Assembly (NCBI RefSeq): GCF_036321535.1
Contig: NC_087462.1
Span: 434,001 to 498,000 of the forward strand
Reading direction: 5' to 3'
DNA: 64,000 bases
Source of the DNA: Camelus dromedarius
Lineage: Eukaryota
Shown piece after piece: positions 45,728 to 57,307 of this stretch (position 1 is its first letter; the number at the start of each line of letters is the position of its first letter). The notes beneath the pieces are model-generated. The model was not told the DNA's origin and ran no database searches. It saw nothing but the letters and a program-made list of their open reading frames with translations. The translations under genes and the position numbers were made by a program.

Positions 45728-46035
45728 GCCCTCTCTGGGGGAATCAAGGTAGGCCCCTCCAGAACAGGCGCTGCTATTATTATTTTATTAATGTCCTTAT
45801 TTTTGTCCAGGATAATCCTAATGAACATGTTGTCTCCTGGAACGTTGGTTACAAATCTGCTTTGATGTTTGCTTCTATTAATATTGCAGTTACTATTTCT
45901 GTGTTTCCTGAAATCAAAGATGTATTGATGTTGGCACTTTCTGGAACTTTCAAGGAAGCAAAGTAGAAGTTTTCACACACAGTGTTGCAGCTGACTGTAC
46001 AATTGTAATGTAAGATCCAGCCTATTTTCAGAGAC

Positions 46036-46041
46036 ATTAAA
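46036..46041 (+). terminator. Candidate KISS1R poly(A) signal
   Basis: ATTAAA at the end of an AT-rich 3'UTR, about 310 nt after the stop codon. Confidence 0.5.
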
Positions 46042-46899
46042 AAGTGAACACAATGTGACTCTTAAAACTGATGAAACAGGGTACCCTTCTGACTCCCTGG
46101 TGAGTGTCCAGAGCCCAGGGTTGCTCGGGCTTCCTCCCAACATGGCTGTCGGGGAAAGTCGGACCTACTCCTGGGCGCACACGCTTCCTGCTTCCACAGC
46201 GAGCTGCTGGGAGTTGTCAGAGCCCCACCCAGATTCAAGGCTGGGGGAACAGACCCCCACTGGGCTGCATGTGCCAGCCCGGGGGGGTCGGGTGGGGAGG
46301 CCTCACCAGCCTAGGGCTTGGTCACCCTGAAGGGCAGCTGCCCCTCTCTTGGGGGGCCCCTGTCCTCCCAAGTTATTTGGGGACATTACAGGCGTCCAAA
46401 GAGCCCACATTTGCAGGGATTATTTATGTGAGAAGGACAGGCCATTCTGAGACTGGTCTGAAGCTTGCTTGCTCTGGTCTCCCAGCCATGGCCTGGGTGG
46501 GACTGAACATGAGGTAAAGTTCCCTTTGCCCACAGGCCCCGCCCCTCCCTCCCTCTCCTCTTCCCATCCCCCACACTCAGTCTCCCTGTGGCTTCCTGAA
46601 CTGCTACCACCCTTTCTACTTCTTGGCCTTTGCACGTGCAGGTCCCTCTGTTGTACCAAGCACACCCTCGCTCATCCATCAAGTCTCAGCTCAGCTGCCT
46701 CCTTCTCTGGGAAGCCCTCCTGGACCCCTCCAGGCTGTGTCAGGCGCCTCATCGGGGCCCAGTGCTGTTCTATCTCAGCTCTGATACCCTTGTGCTGTAT
46801 CTGCTGGGTGTGTATCTGAAGTGGTCTCCAGGGTTCAGCACAGAGTGGGACCGATCAAAAGAGACCGTGTGTGCAGAGTGAGGAGTAGGATTTCTCTGT

Positions 46900-47480
46900 G
46901 ATAAACAGAATTTTAAAAAAAAGTTAAAGAGGGACGCTCGGGCTCATGTCTCAGAGACAGGAAGACTTCAGTTCACACAGAAATTTGTACACATGGGATC
47001 GCAGCAGCTTTATTTGTGATAACCCCAACTGGAAACGACCAGGACAGGTGAATAGTCAGTAAACCGTGGTCCATCCACACCCACTAGGCAGCACTCAGCT
47101 GTGGGCACACTGCCAGCCCATGCAGGCCCCAGGGTGGGGCTCCACGGGTCTTGCTGAGCCTAGGAGGAAATTCCTAAAGGCGTGATGTGTGGTTCCAGCC
47201 ACGTAACATCCTCAAGGGGGCAAAAATATGGGAATGGAGGGCAGAGGTGATGGCCTGGGTAGGGACTGACTGGGAGGGGACAGCAGGACAGACCCTCGTG
47301 ATGGAGCCGCTCTGCTCCTGGACTGCAGTGGGAACGTGAGCCCATGCAGGTGGTGGAGTTGCGGAGGACTGAACTCACACACGCGAGTGCAAGCGAACTG
47401 GGGGAATCTGGATACATGGTTGGGTGGCATCCATTCAGAAACCCAGGTTTCAGTGTTGTACTGCAGCTTTGCAAAATGTC
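46900..47480 (+). mobile_element. Degenerate old L1 3' fragment
   Basis: gcagctttatttgtgataaccccaactggaaacgacc...gaatagtcagtaaaccgtggtccatccacac...; by eye. Confidence 0.55.
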
Positions 47481-48949
47481 ACTGTTGGGAGAAGCCTGGT
47501 GAAGGGCAGGAGGGAGATATCTCCGCATGAGAATGTACAATCATCTTGCAAGGAAAAGGTTTTTAAAAGGGAAATGAATGGGTTGAAGGGGACATCCAGG
47601 AAGAGGAATCGTTTCCAAACTGCAGAGCTAGTGCATCCCCTTCGTTTGTCCTCAAGTCCATTCCTGTGCATTATTTTTAGAGCCCCTTCTGTCTGGAAGG
47701 CAGCCGCCCAGCCCCCTTCCGGTACAGAGCCCCTGTCTGTGAAGGCGCCAGTAAGTGGCAAACCCCCTAGAGGGATGCAAAGGCAAAGTGACAGCAGTAA
47801 AAAAGGGTTACAAGGGAAACATGTATTACCTTTGTAACTGGGAGGCTGACCTTGGTGGGGGTAATTCCAGGAAGGCTTCCTGGAGGAGGTGAGTCCAGGA
47901 AATGTGAATTGAACTCAGAGGTGGGAAGAGCACACCAGATAGAGGGTACAGCCAGCGCAAAGGCCCTGAGGTAGGATTTGTCAGCTGGATTTAAGGAATA
48001 GCTAGGAGGCAGGTGGGGCTGGAGCAGGGTGAGGAGGGAAGATGAGAGGTGAGAACAGAGGTGGTGGGGCCATGCAAGCATCGGGGTGAGTTGGGTCTTT
48101 CCTGAGACGGGGTAGGAGCCATGGGAGGCCTCTAAGCAAGGAGTGACAGGGTCCAAGGTATGTGAAGATTTGTTTCCATTTATTATCTCACTCCTATGAC
48201 TATTCTAACATTTTGGCGGCGCCAGGACCAAGCATACGCCGGTATAGCCGACCTGGGAGGGGGTGCGGTGAGGGTGGGATCCGAAGCCACAGCGTGGGGA
48301 TCAGTCCCCTCTCCCGGGGGGGCGTGTCTGGGTGGGTCGGAGAGGGGTTAATTTCAACCTCAGAAAAGCAATGAAACAAATTTTAGTATAATTCTGTCCT
48401 GTGCAGAATTTAGGCTATACTTAAAGTGATTCGTTGTTGATGTGAAATTCTAACGTAAGTGTAAGTTCTCTATTTCGTCTAGAAACTCTCCCGGGGATTC
48501 AAAAGAGCTGCAGAAAAGGCTCGGCGGGCCTCTGCTTTCTGACCCGGGACAGTCGGTTTCAGGGACACGGCGCCCCCTCACGGGCCTCGGCGGAAGCCAC
48601 CGCGTGACGGGGCCGCCCCGCCCCCGGCTGCAACCTGCAGGTGCCCGGCAGGTGGCGCGCGCACCCCGCGGAGGGCGCTCGCTCCCCTGGGTCGACCCCA
48701 CAAAGGAACCCTAGCGCCTAAGGGGGAGCCACTCATGGGTTCCCCAACCTGGACCCCTGGGCTCAAAGGTTTCTCGCTGTGAAGTGGGCCAAGCAGAGCC
48801 GCATTATGAATGTCTCCTGGGCCTCTTCTATGAAAAAATATTTAAAACTGTATTTTTGCAGCTGCGTTGGTATAAAGACGAATTAATTTAGGCTAAAATG
48901 ATTAATACATATTTCTTATAGTCAGACTCGCTTTCTTCTTTTTTTAAAT

Positions 48950-49115
48950 AATATTTTATTTGTTTATTTGTGTTTGTTTTTTTAGTTTGCTTTTGATTTG
49001 GGGGCACTTAGGTTAATTTACTTACTTACTTATTTTCATAGAGGTACTCGGGATTGAACCCAGGACCTCATGCTTGCTGAGCAGATGCTGCTCTACCACT
49101 GAGCTATCGCCCCCC
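48950..49115 (-). mobile_element. tRNA-derived SINE
   Basis: ...gaggtactcgggattgaacccaggacctcatgcttgctgagc...ctctaccactgagctatcgccccc, with a T-rich tail on the left. Confidence 0.85.
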
Positions 49116-51399
49116 TACTCTTCTCATTTTAAAAGAAGTTAAAATTACATTTTCATAGACCCTGGCTTACCCAGGGGCCAGGTGTGGGTGATAGGAGAAG
49201 GGCGTCGATGGTTTCAGGCTGGGCCCAGCAACCCCTCCAGGCTTTTTTTGCCCTTTGAGATTGAGATGCTGACTAGTTCAAGTTGTCCTCCACCTCTGTG
49301 TAGACAGACACCAGAAATCCTGTGGGATGAGGAGAGAAGAGACACATGAATTCATTCCCTGACCCAGTGTGACTGGCACACCTACTGTGTGTCAGACCCT
49401 GCCTCAGGACTGGAGGCGCAGGCAGCCCAGATCAAGGCTGAGTGGGTAAATAAACACAGCTGTGGTGTCATGGGAGTGCCCTGATGAACATACAACAGGG
49501 TGATGTGATGGGGGCTCCCCTAACACTGAGCTGAGGCTCCTGTTTGAATGGGAAAACCTGAGGAAGGGCACTCCAGGCAGCAGGAATGGCCAGTGCAAAG
49601 GCCCCGAGATGGGAATATGCTTGAGGAGGAATCTATGTGGGAAGGTGGGCAGTTTGGGATCTGGGTGAACTTTTAAGTAGATGCCCCTCAGCTCTGAGTG
49701 GCGGGGGAGGATGAATGACTGACTGTGGGGCTCAGTGAGGATAGGGTTGGTTTTTACAGGGGCCCCGCAAGCCATACTGGACAGGAAACATAAGGCTGGG
49801 GTTGCTGCACCCATTTCCCAGCTTGGGAAACAGAGACCAGAGAGGGGTCTACTACCCTAACCTAACATCACCCAGCCAGGGCCAGGTGGAACCTGGGCCT
49901 GCTGCCCATGCCTGGTTGAGCCAGCAAGTCTGGTATCAATTCCCAGCTCCCTCTCTGAGCTAAAAATAGGATCCCCCCCTCACCAGAGTCAGCTGGGAAT
50001 CCAGCAGCCCCTCACCCTCCTGGGCCAGGCACCTCTGGGGAAGTTGCACCCAACTGCTCAGAGACAACCACTGCCCTCTGGGAAATGGGGGCAGGGGCAG
50101 CACCCCTCCTGCCCTTCAGGAGATCCTCCCTCCCTGTCCCCTGCCCTGAGAACAGGGGGGAATGTAATCCTCAAAACTACTGTAGAAGAAGTAAATTAAT
50201 ATTGACCCACTTTACACAGGGAGGCCCATGAACCTGCCCAGGATGGGGAAGGGGTTGTATTCTGATCTGTCTCTTTGGTGGGGAGGGGGCTTTCTTGCAC
50301 TTTGTAACTGATCTGGGGCCTGGCCCTTCAGGGGTGGCTTCCCTCCTCCAGCTCCACACCTTGGGGCAGATGTCTGGGCCCCTCTGGTGGTGTTGGGCGT
50401 TTAATAGCCTCATGGTGGAGGTTGCCCTGCCATCTGCTGCCATTAGGCTCCACACAGCCCAGGGGCTGGGATGCTGGGTTTCTTAAAAGGGCAGGCAGAG
50501 CTCTGGCCCTGGCTCAGGGGACAGCACCCCCACCCACCGCCTTGTCCCTTGGGCTTGTGAATCTCCCAGAGAGCTAGCCTGCAATTGAGGGGGATGATGT
50601 GGGGTGGGGAGGGAGGACCCCCAGAAAATAGCAGCGCTGTGCTCTGTGTGTGGGGGGGGGCTGTACACAACCCCCCCAACTCAAGTTCAGGGACTCCAGT
50701 CCTTCCAGAAGTTGGGGCCCTCTGGGTGGCCTCTGCCTGCCCTCCAAGCTCCCACTTGACTCTTATCTGGGCTGGAGCCTGGGCCCTTGCGATTAGCTCC
50801 CAGCAGTGGCCTGAGGGGCTGAGACCTCCTACTTGAGTTCACATGCCCACCCCCACATTCCCCTTAACCTTAACCTATGCCAGGCCTCAGTTTCCCACTC
50901 TCAGAAATGGAGAGTCTCTGCTACACCAAGAGGTGAGCCTCATGCGTTGGGCATATGGTGGGGCAACCAAGGGCTCAGAATATGGAAATTACTGTTGAAC
51001 TATTATTACCAAGGTGATAACCTCGTTTCTCCTCTTAGACGGTGTGGGTTATCAGGTTCCCAAGAGGTGGTGACTGTCGGGGGGTAGGGGTCATCACGAT
51101 TTCGCGACGTGCCCTCTGGGGGGATCCAGGACGCACTCGCCCACCCCTACGACTTTGCCAAGGCCGTGCCCCTCTCCTGGCAGCCGCGCTCCGCCACCCC
51201 CCCCCCATTGTGCAGCGCCCCCATCGCGGGACCTCAGTTCCCTCTCTCCGACCCCGCCCCGCTCTCTTTTCCCATCACCGCAAATCCTTACTTTACCAGG
51301 TCTCTAATCCCCATTTTACAGACTTGGAAACAGAGGCACTGCTCTAGGGGGTAAAGTCACTCCGGCGGGTTCTTCAGCCTAAGGGGCAGGGGTGAAACT

Positions 51400-52500
51400 C
51401 CGAGCCCAGGAGGTCCATACTAGGTGCTCAGTAAGATGGCGAAGGGGTCTCCGACCAGGCTCGGATCCCCTAAGACCTTCCACGCGGAGGCCCAATCTCT
51501 TCCCCTCCCCCAGCCCAGGTCGCTCCCAACCCCGCCCGCACCCTAGGCGCCCTGTGCGCTCCCGGCCACGGCGCGCACTTTGCCCACCGTCCCTAGATAG
51601 GGGGCGGGGCATTCCGCGTCCCGGTTCCCCTTCCCTTTTATTATTTATTATCCTTTAAAGGGGCCGCGACCTGAAAATTTCCGTCCACTCTCTCCCCCTC
51701 CCCAACACCCCTGAGCTAGTCGTGCATCGTCGGACTGAACTCCGGGGGCGAGGGGGCGTCCGGGAAGGGGGAGGGGGCCTCGCGAGACCCCTCCCCGCAT
51801 CCTGGGCCGCGGTGCTGAATCACCGGCGAGGTATTTGCATCTGAGAGCGATTTGTCACCCGGTGATTTGTCTGCGGGGCGGTGAGCGCGCCGGTCGGGGG
51901 GGGGAGGGGAGGGGCGGGGGAGGCCGCGCGCGGGGAGACTTTTACCAATCGGGTCCGTGGGGGGTGTAGACGCGGACTCGGCCGGCGTCTTGGTGAGTCG
52001 GCGCGCGGCACAAACCCGGCGGTGGCCGGGAGCCAGTAGCGCGCAGCTTGCGGCCCGGGCCGGAGGCCAGGCGCGGCCGGGGCAGGGCCGGACGCCAGGC
52101 GTGGGGCATGCGCCCCACGAGCGGGCCCTGCGCCCCCCGAGCGGGCCCTGCGCGGTGAGGCTGGGGCGAGGGGTGGGCCGGCCTTTCAAATCGCGGGTTC
52201 TGTCCCGGGTGGGTGCCGTGCGCCCTGGAAGCCAATGAGGGGGTGTCCCCAAAGTTGGTCAGGGACGTGGGTGGGGGTCCAGGGCCGGGAAGGCGGTCCC
52301 AGTGGGTCAGAGTTGGGGTGTTTTTCTCTGCGTCCCCCTTGAAGACCTCACCCCCTACCAGATTGCACCCAGGCGGGTCCGGGGGTGATCGGGGGTCGCG
52401 AGTGCGCGCCCCCACCCTCCAGCGGAAGGAAATGGTCTCTATGCGCGCGCGGGGGGCTAAGCTCTGGGTTATTTCATTTTTTTCCTCCCTGAAATTAGAT
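51400..52500 (+). promoter_or_regulatory. ARID3A: ARID3A CpG island promoter and probable non-coding exon 1 (donor at 51992)
   Basis: CpG island, CCAAT at 51945, donor TTG|gtgagt at 51992/51993, and downstream acceptor ccccag|G at 55380. Confidence 0.6.
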
Positions 52501-55500
52501 GTTTCATTTGGGATCCCCAAGGGGAGTGGGAGCGCCGGGTGGGGAGGGCAGTTCCGTGGCGACCCTCCCCAGCTTGGATGGTTTATTTATAAAGTGTCGG
52601 TTCTGGGGCAGAAAGGGGCCCCTGGAGGGAACACCATCGTGACTCCGTCCCGGGGTGGGCTCGGCCTGAGCCCTGGCTCTCTGGTGAGGATCCTCGGGAA
52701 AAGGCCCCCCTGTCCCGTTCAGTGCCCCCCAGACACAAAAGCGGGCGCAGGAAGCGCGGGGAGCGCGCGTTGGTCAATTCCAACGTTCGGCGGACCTGGG
52801 CGGCCGGTTTGTCAATAATCTTCCGTTTTTAGTGGCCCGGCCTGGAGGGTTTGCCCCCCCACCATGCAAATCTGCCGCTTTCCAAGAAGCCTTTGAAATC
52901 GGACTGGGGTTTCTGTCTTCTTATTTCTTCTCTTCTTAAGTGTTTCTTTTCTCACTTCCTCCAGACCGCCCCCGCTGGACTCTGCTAGCCCCCTCCCCAG
53001 GTTTCTGCCCCGCCCTCCCCCTTCTCTTCCTTTGGTGGAGTGAGGGCCCCCTTTCGCCACCCGCGGGCCCCAGCCTTGCACAACTCTTTAAATAACCGTG
53101 TTTTGCAAGCCCTGGGCTGAGCGGGTGACCTCTCTCTCCCCGGGAGGCATTGGGGGGGAGGGTGTGGCCCCAGATTCCTCCCCGCCCCTCCAGCCAGGTC
53201 CCAACGACCACCCAGCACCCCCATCCCCCCTAGTCCCTGCCAGGGGTTGCCTCTCCCCTGGGGTTGTCATAAAGTGGGGGTAGGGCCGAGGACAAAGGGC
53301 TCCTGGGGGGAGGGGTCTGGAGGGGGGCGGGCGTCACCCGCTTAGGGTTAATGGCGGCCATGGGGGGTCCTGCCCGGGCCCAGGGGGCTCTAGGGTTCCC
53401 ACCTGCCCCCTCCACCAGCCCCAGCGTGGAGGCCTGCCCTGCTCCCCTCCCCCACCGTGGACCCGGAAGGGTCATTAAACCCAGCAGGCCTGGGGAGGGG
53501 GATGGCGTGGGGGGAGTGGCTTCCTCTGGCCTCTTCCTTCTGCCCCCCAAAGAGGGGGGCGTTGCCCAGAGCGTTTCCGTGGGGAGGGGGGACTCATCTT
53601 GAAGTTGTCAAAGGTGGGGGAGGGGCGGCAGACCAGACTAGACACTGGGTGAGAAATGTCCCCTCAGCACTTCTTGGGGCTGGGGCTGGGGCTGGGGGTG
53701 ACCGCCTGCCCCTGGGGGGTGGGGGCTGGGTGCTATTCTGCTGCTTCTAAGGACAGGCTAGCCTGGTCACTCTCCAGCGCTGTGGCCTCGGAGAGGGCCT
53801 TTGTGCCCTGGGACCCCTGCCCCTGTTGGATCCTGAGGCCCTCCCAGGACAGGTCCCTGCCCACTTTCCCACAGGGGCCGCTCACCTGCATCCCCCACCG
53901 TCCTTTCACCCATCCTGCTGGAAGCCCCAAGGACTGGGGAAAGGGCCCCTCCTGTGACTGGGAAGGCTGGAAGGGTCTCCCCAGGGTGGGGTCAGGCTTC
54001 TTTCTCTTAGCAGGTCAGGGGAGGGGTTGGGAGGGTGGCCAGGCTGGTCAGTGTCAGCCAGCTACCAGGAGCCTCTAGCAGCCAGCACCCACTGTGTCAG
54101 CCCCTTCCTGTGTGTGGGCCCCCTGTGCTCCAGGAGCTGTTCAAGATCCTTAGGGGATTCATTTGCTGGGTTAGGGGTGGCTTCTGGACTCCCCTGCTGC
54201 CCCCACTGTCCCAGTGATGTACCATCTGGGGTGTCACTGCCAGACCTGTTGGGTTCTGCCTGGTCTGTTTTATTGGCGGCCTGGGCGGCTGGAGGTGTGG
54301 CCTGGGCTTGGGTGGGGGGCCGGGACAGGACCTGCGTCATCCTCCTGTCCTTTGTTGTGCCCCGCTGTGCCAGGCTCTGGGATGTCCATGCCCAGAGCCC
54401 ACCCGAGGCCTTGGCAGCAAGGGTTGGCTGGGGTCCAAGGGGACCCTAGGCTAGGGGCAGAGTGCATTGCATTCTGGGACATCGGCCTCACCTGGGGTCC
54501 CAAAGGGCAGGGGAACTCCCTGCAGAGAGCACGTGGGGGCTGTGTGGGAGGCTCTGATGTCACCCAGCCCTGGGTTCGAATCCCAGCCCTGCCCGGAACC
54601 TGCTGTGTGTCCTCCAGGGGGTCCCCTCCCAGCCTGCTTTCCTCGTCGGTGAACCAGGGGCCATCTGTCCCTCCTTCCTCAACACCAGTGTGGTGCTTGC
54701 TGTGCCCGCCCCTCCCCCCGTCTGTGCCATCATAGACTCGCTTCATCCTGCTTGGGCACAGGGAGGTGGGCGCGCCTTTTAGGGCACCACTGTGCCGATG
54801 GGGAAACTGAGGTCTAGCGAAGTTGAGGTTTAGGGATGGGATGAGAGCCTGAGTGGGGGCTGCAGCTCAGAGCCCATAAACAGCAAGTGCGTCTCGGGCA
54901 GCCAGCGTGCCTGTGAGAAAGGAAGGTGCCTGGCACTCCCCGGACCGGGCTGCACCCAGCACGGCCACGAGCAGCACCCAGAACTCAGAACCAGAACCCA
55001 GAATGCACCTGGACTCTGGTCCCTGGTAGCCAATCAGAGGCCAGAAGCGCCCTGTTCCCCTGCTCTGTTTATGAAACCATAATCCAAGTCTTCCTCCACG
55101 ACTGTGTGTTTCTGTGTGGCCCAGACTGGTGGGCTCCCTCTCAAGACCCTCAGGAGCCCAGAGTGGGGTGACCCCACTTCCCAGGCCACTGGAGGGTGGA
55201 CAGAGAGGGGGCGGATGGGGAGAGCATGCTCCTCCACCTCCAGGGGAGGCCTCCGGGTTTGCACCCTGGTGGACATGGATGGAAGGGATTTTCCAAGAGG
55301 CTTTGGGGGTCTGACTTCAGTGGGGAGGATGGGGCTGAGGAGCCCAGGGGTGGTCTGACGGTCTCTCTTGTCCCCCCAGGTTTCTGCAAACACGTGAATG
55401 AGCCACACACCAGCCGCTGCCCCTGGGTGCCCTGTGTGAGGAGGCAGTGCCCGCCTGCCGCTGGCATGCCCCGCCACCCCTCAGCCTGAGTCCGGCGGCC

Positions 55501-55639
55501 CTCGCCCCTGCCCCCCGCCACCCTGCACTGCCCCGGCTCCCCCGCGGCCCCCACACTGCAGTGCGGCCGGGCCCCCTCCCCACAGGGGCCGCCCCCGCCG
55601 CCCACCCCTGGTGCCCGGGGCGGCCCGGCCCGCAGGGCC

Positions 55640-57307
55640 ATGAAGCTGCAGGCCGTGATGGAGACGCTCCTGCAGCGGCAGCAGCGGGCACGCCAGGAGC
55701 TGGAGGCCCGGCAGCCACAGCCACCGCCGCCTGAGCCCCCGGCTGGCCCCCCGGCCCGCACCCGGGCCGCCCCGGACGAGGACAGAGAGCCCGACAACGC
55801 ACGAATGCAGCGGGCACAGATGGCCGCACTGGCCGCCATGCGGGCTGCGGCTGCCGGCCTCGGACACGCGCCCAGCCCCAGCGGCTCCGAGGATGGGCCC
55901 GCCGGCTCGGAGGACGAGGATGCTGCCCAGGAGGGGGCACCCGGCTCACCCGGCCCGCCTGGCCGAGGCAGGGAGGCGGTGGGACTTCCTGAAGACGATG
56001 GACACTTCGAGGACACAGGCTCCGACGATGACCTGTGAGTTGGGGTTTCTGGGGTTCACCCTGAATGAGCGTTTAATGAGCACTTGCTGGGTGCCAGGCC
56101 GCTCTGACCCCTGGGGATACAGCGACAGAGGAGGGACAAAACCCCTGTCCTGCTGACCACCAAGAGCGTCCATCCTTTAGAGCTTTCTGGGTGACTAGGG
56201 ACCTTTCTCCATCTGCACCACCCGGGGTGGGAGCCACCTGTGTTCCATGGCTGACAAGCATTTGAAATGTGGCCGGTGTGGCCAGGGATCTGCCTTTGTA
56301 GCTTTATTTCAACTTAAACGGAACTAGCTGCGTGTGGCCAGCGGCCCCTGTCGCCTGCCTGGGACAGATTAGGAACCTTCACAGAGTGGGCATTGATTGG
56401 CTCACGGATGCATCCCACCAGGTCTGATGCACGCCCCGAGCTGGTGCTACTGAGACCCTGGTGGGGTCCTTCTCGGCAGACACTTAATGCGCGAGGAAGC
56501 AGGCTGAGGCTGAGGCCAGCAAGAATATAAAGCAGGGGTCTTGGAGGGGGTGGCTAGGGGTAGGCTCAGCTTTCAGGAATGGTGAGGGGAGGTCTCCCTG
56601 CCCCAGTGACAGCCCCCAGGGAGGGCAAGGGGGGAGCAGGGAACCGCATGCCTGGTGGAGGGAACAGCCTGAGCAAAGGCCCCGAGGCAGGAACTGGGTC
56701 AACATTTTGGAGACCCAGTGAGGAAGCCTCTGCAGTGTGGTCAGGGAAGGGGATTTGGGCTTAGCAGTTGGGCCGGGGGGCTGGGGTATCTGCCAAAGGG
56801 TCACCTCTAGTTGTTCTGGGCTAACTGGGAACAAGAGCAATGTGTCTCAGGCCCTAAACAGGTCATGCTCACAGGCCTTCTCGGCCGCCAGAGCAGGTGG
56901 GGGCTGCTCTCCCATGCCCAGAGAGGGAAACAGGCTGGAGGGGTGAGCTGGGGCCTCCTCCCCTAACCCCCTAACCCTGTGTCCGCCCCAGGAAGCCAAA
57001 ATGGGAAGACGAGGAGGAGGAGCTGGAGGAAGATCTCGGGGACGAGGAGGAGGACGAGGAGGACGAGGACTACGGGGAGGAGGAGGGGCTTGGGCCCCCT
57101 GGCTCTGCTGGCCTCGGCCCCACAGCCCTGTTCCCCCGCAAGGCCCAGCCGCTCCAGGCCTTCCGCGGCGATGGCGGGCCGAGAGCACTGGGCAGCCAGG
57201 AGCGCCCGGGGGCTGGCCCGGCCCACCCCGGAGGGGCTGCCCACATAGCGCCCCAGCTGCAGCCGCCTGACCATGGGGACTGGACGTACGAGGAGCAGTT
57301 CAAGCAG
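55640..57307 (+). CDS. ARID3A: AT-rich interactive domain protein 3A (Bright/DRIL1), N-terminal part only; gene continues beyond window
   Basis: Coding exons 55640-56034 (MKLQAVMETLLQRQQRARQELEARQ...DDL, phase 2) and 56992-57307 (KPKWEDEEEE...DHGDWTYEEQFKQ|gt). I did not find the ARID-domain exons in the window. Confidence 0.95.

Noticed and set aside
56961-56978. Telomere-like CCCTAACCCCCTAACCCT before ARID3A coding exon 2
   Set aside because: Only two imperfect units, better explained as duplicated CTAAC branch-point motifs of the acceptor.
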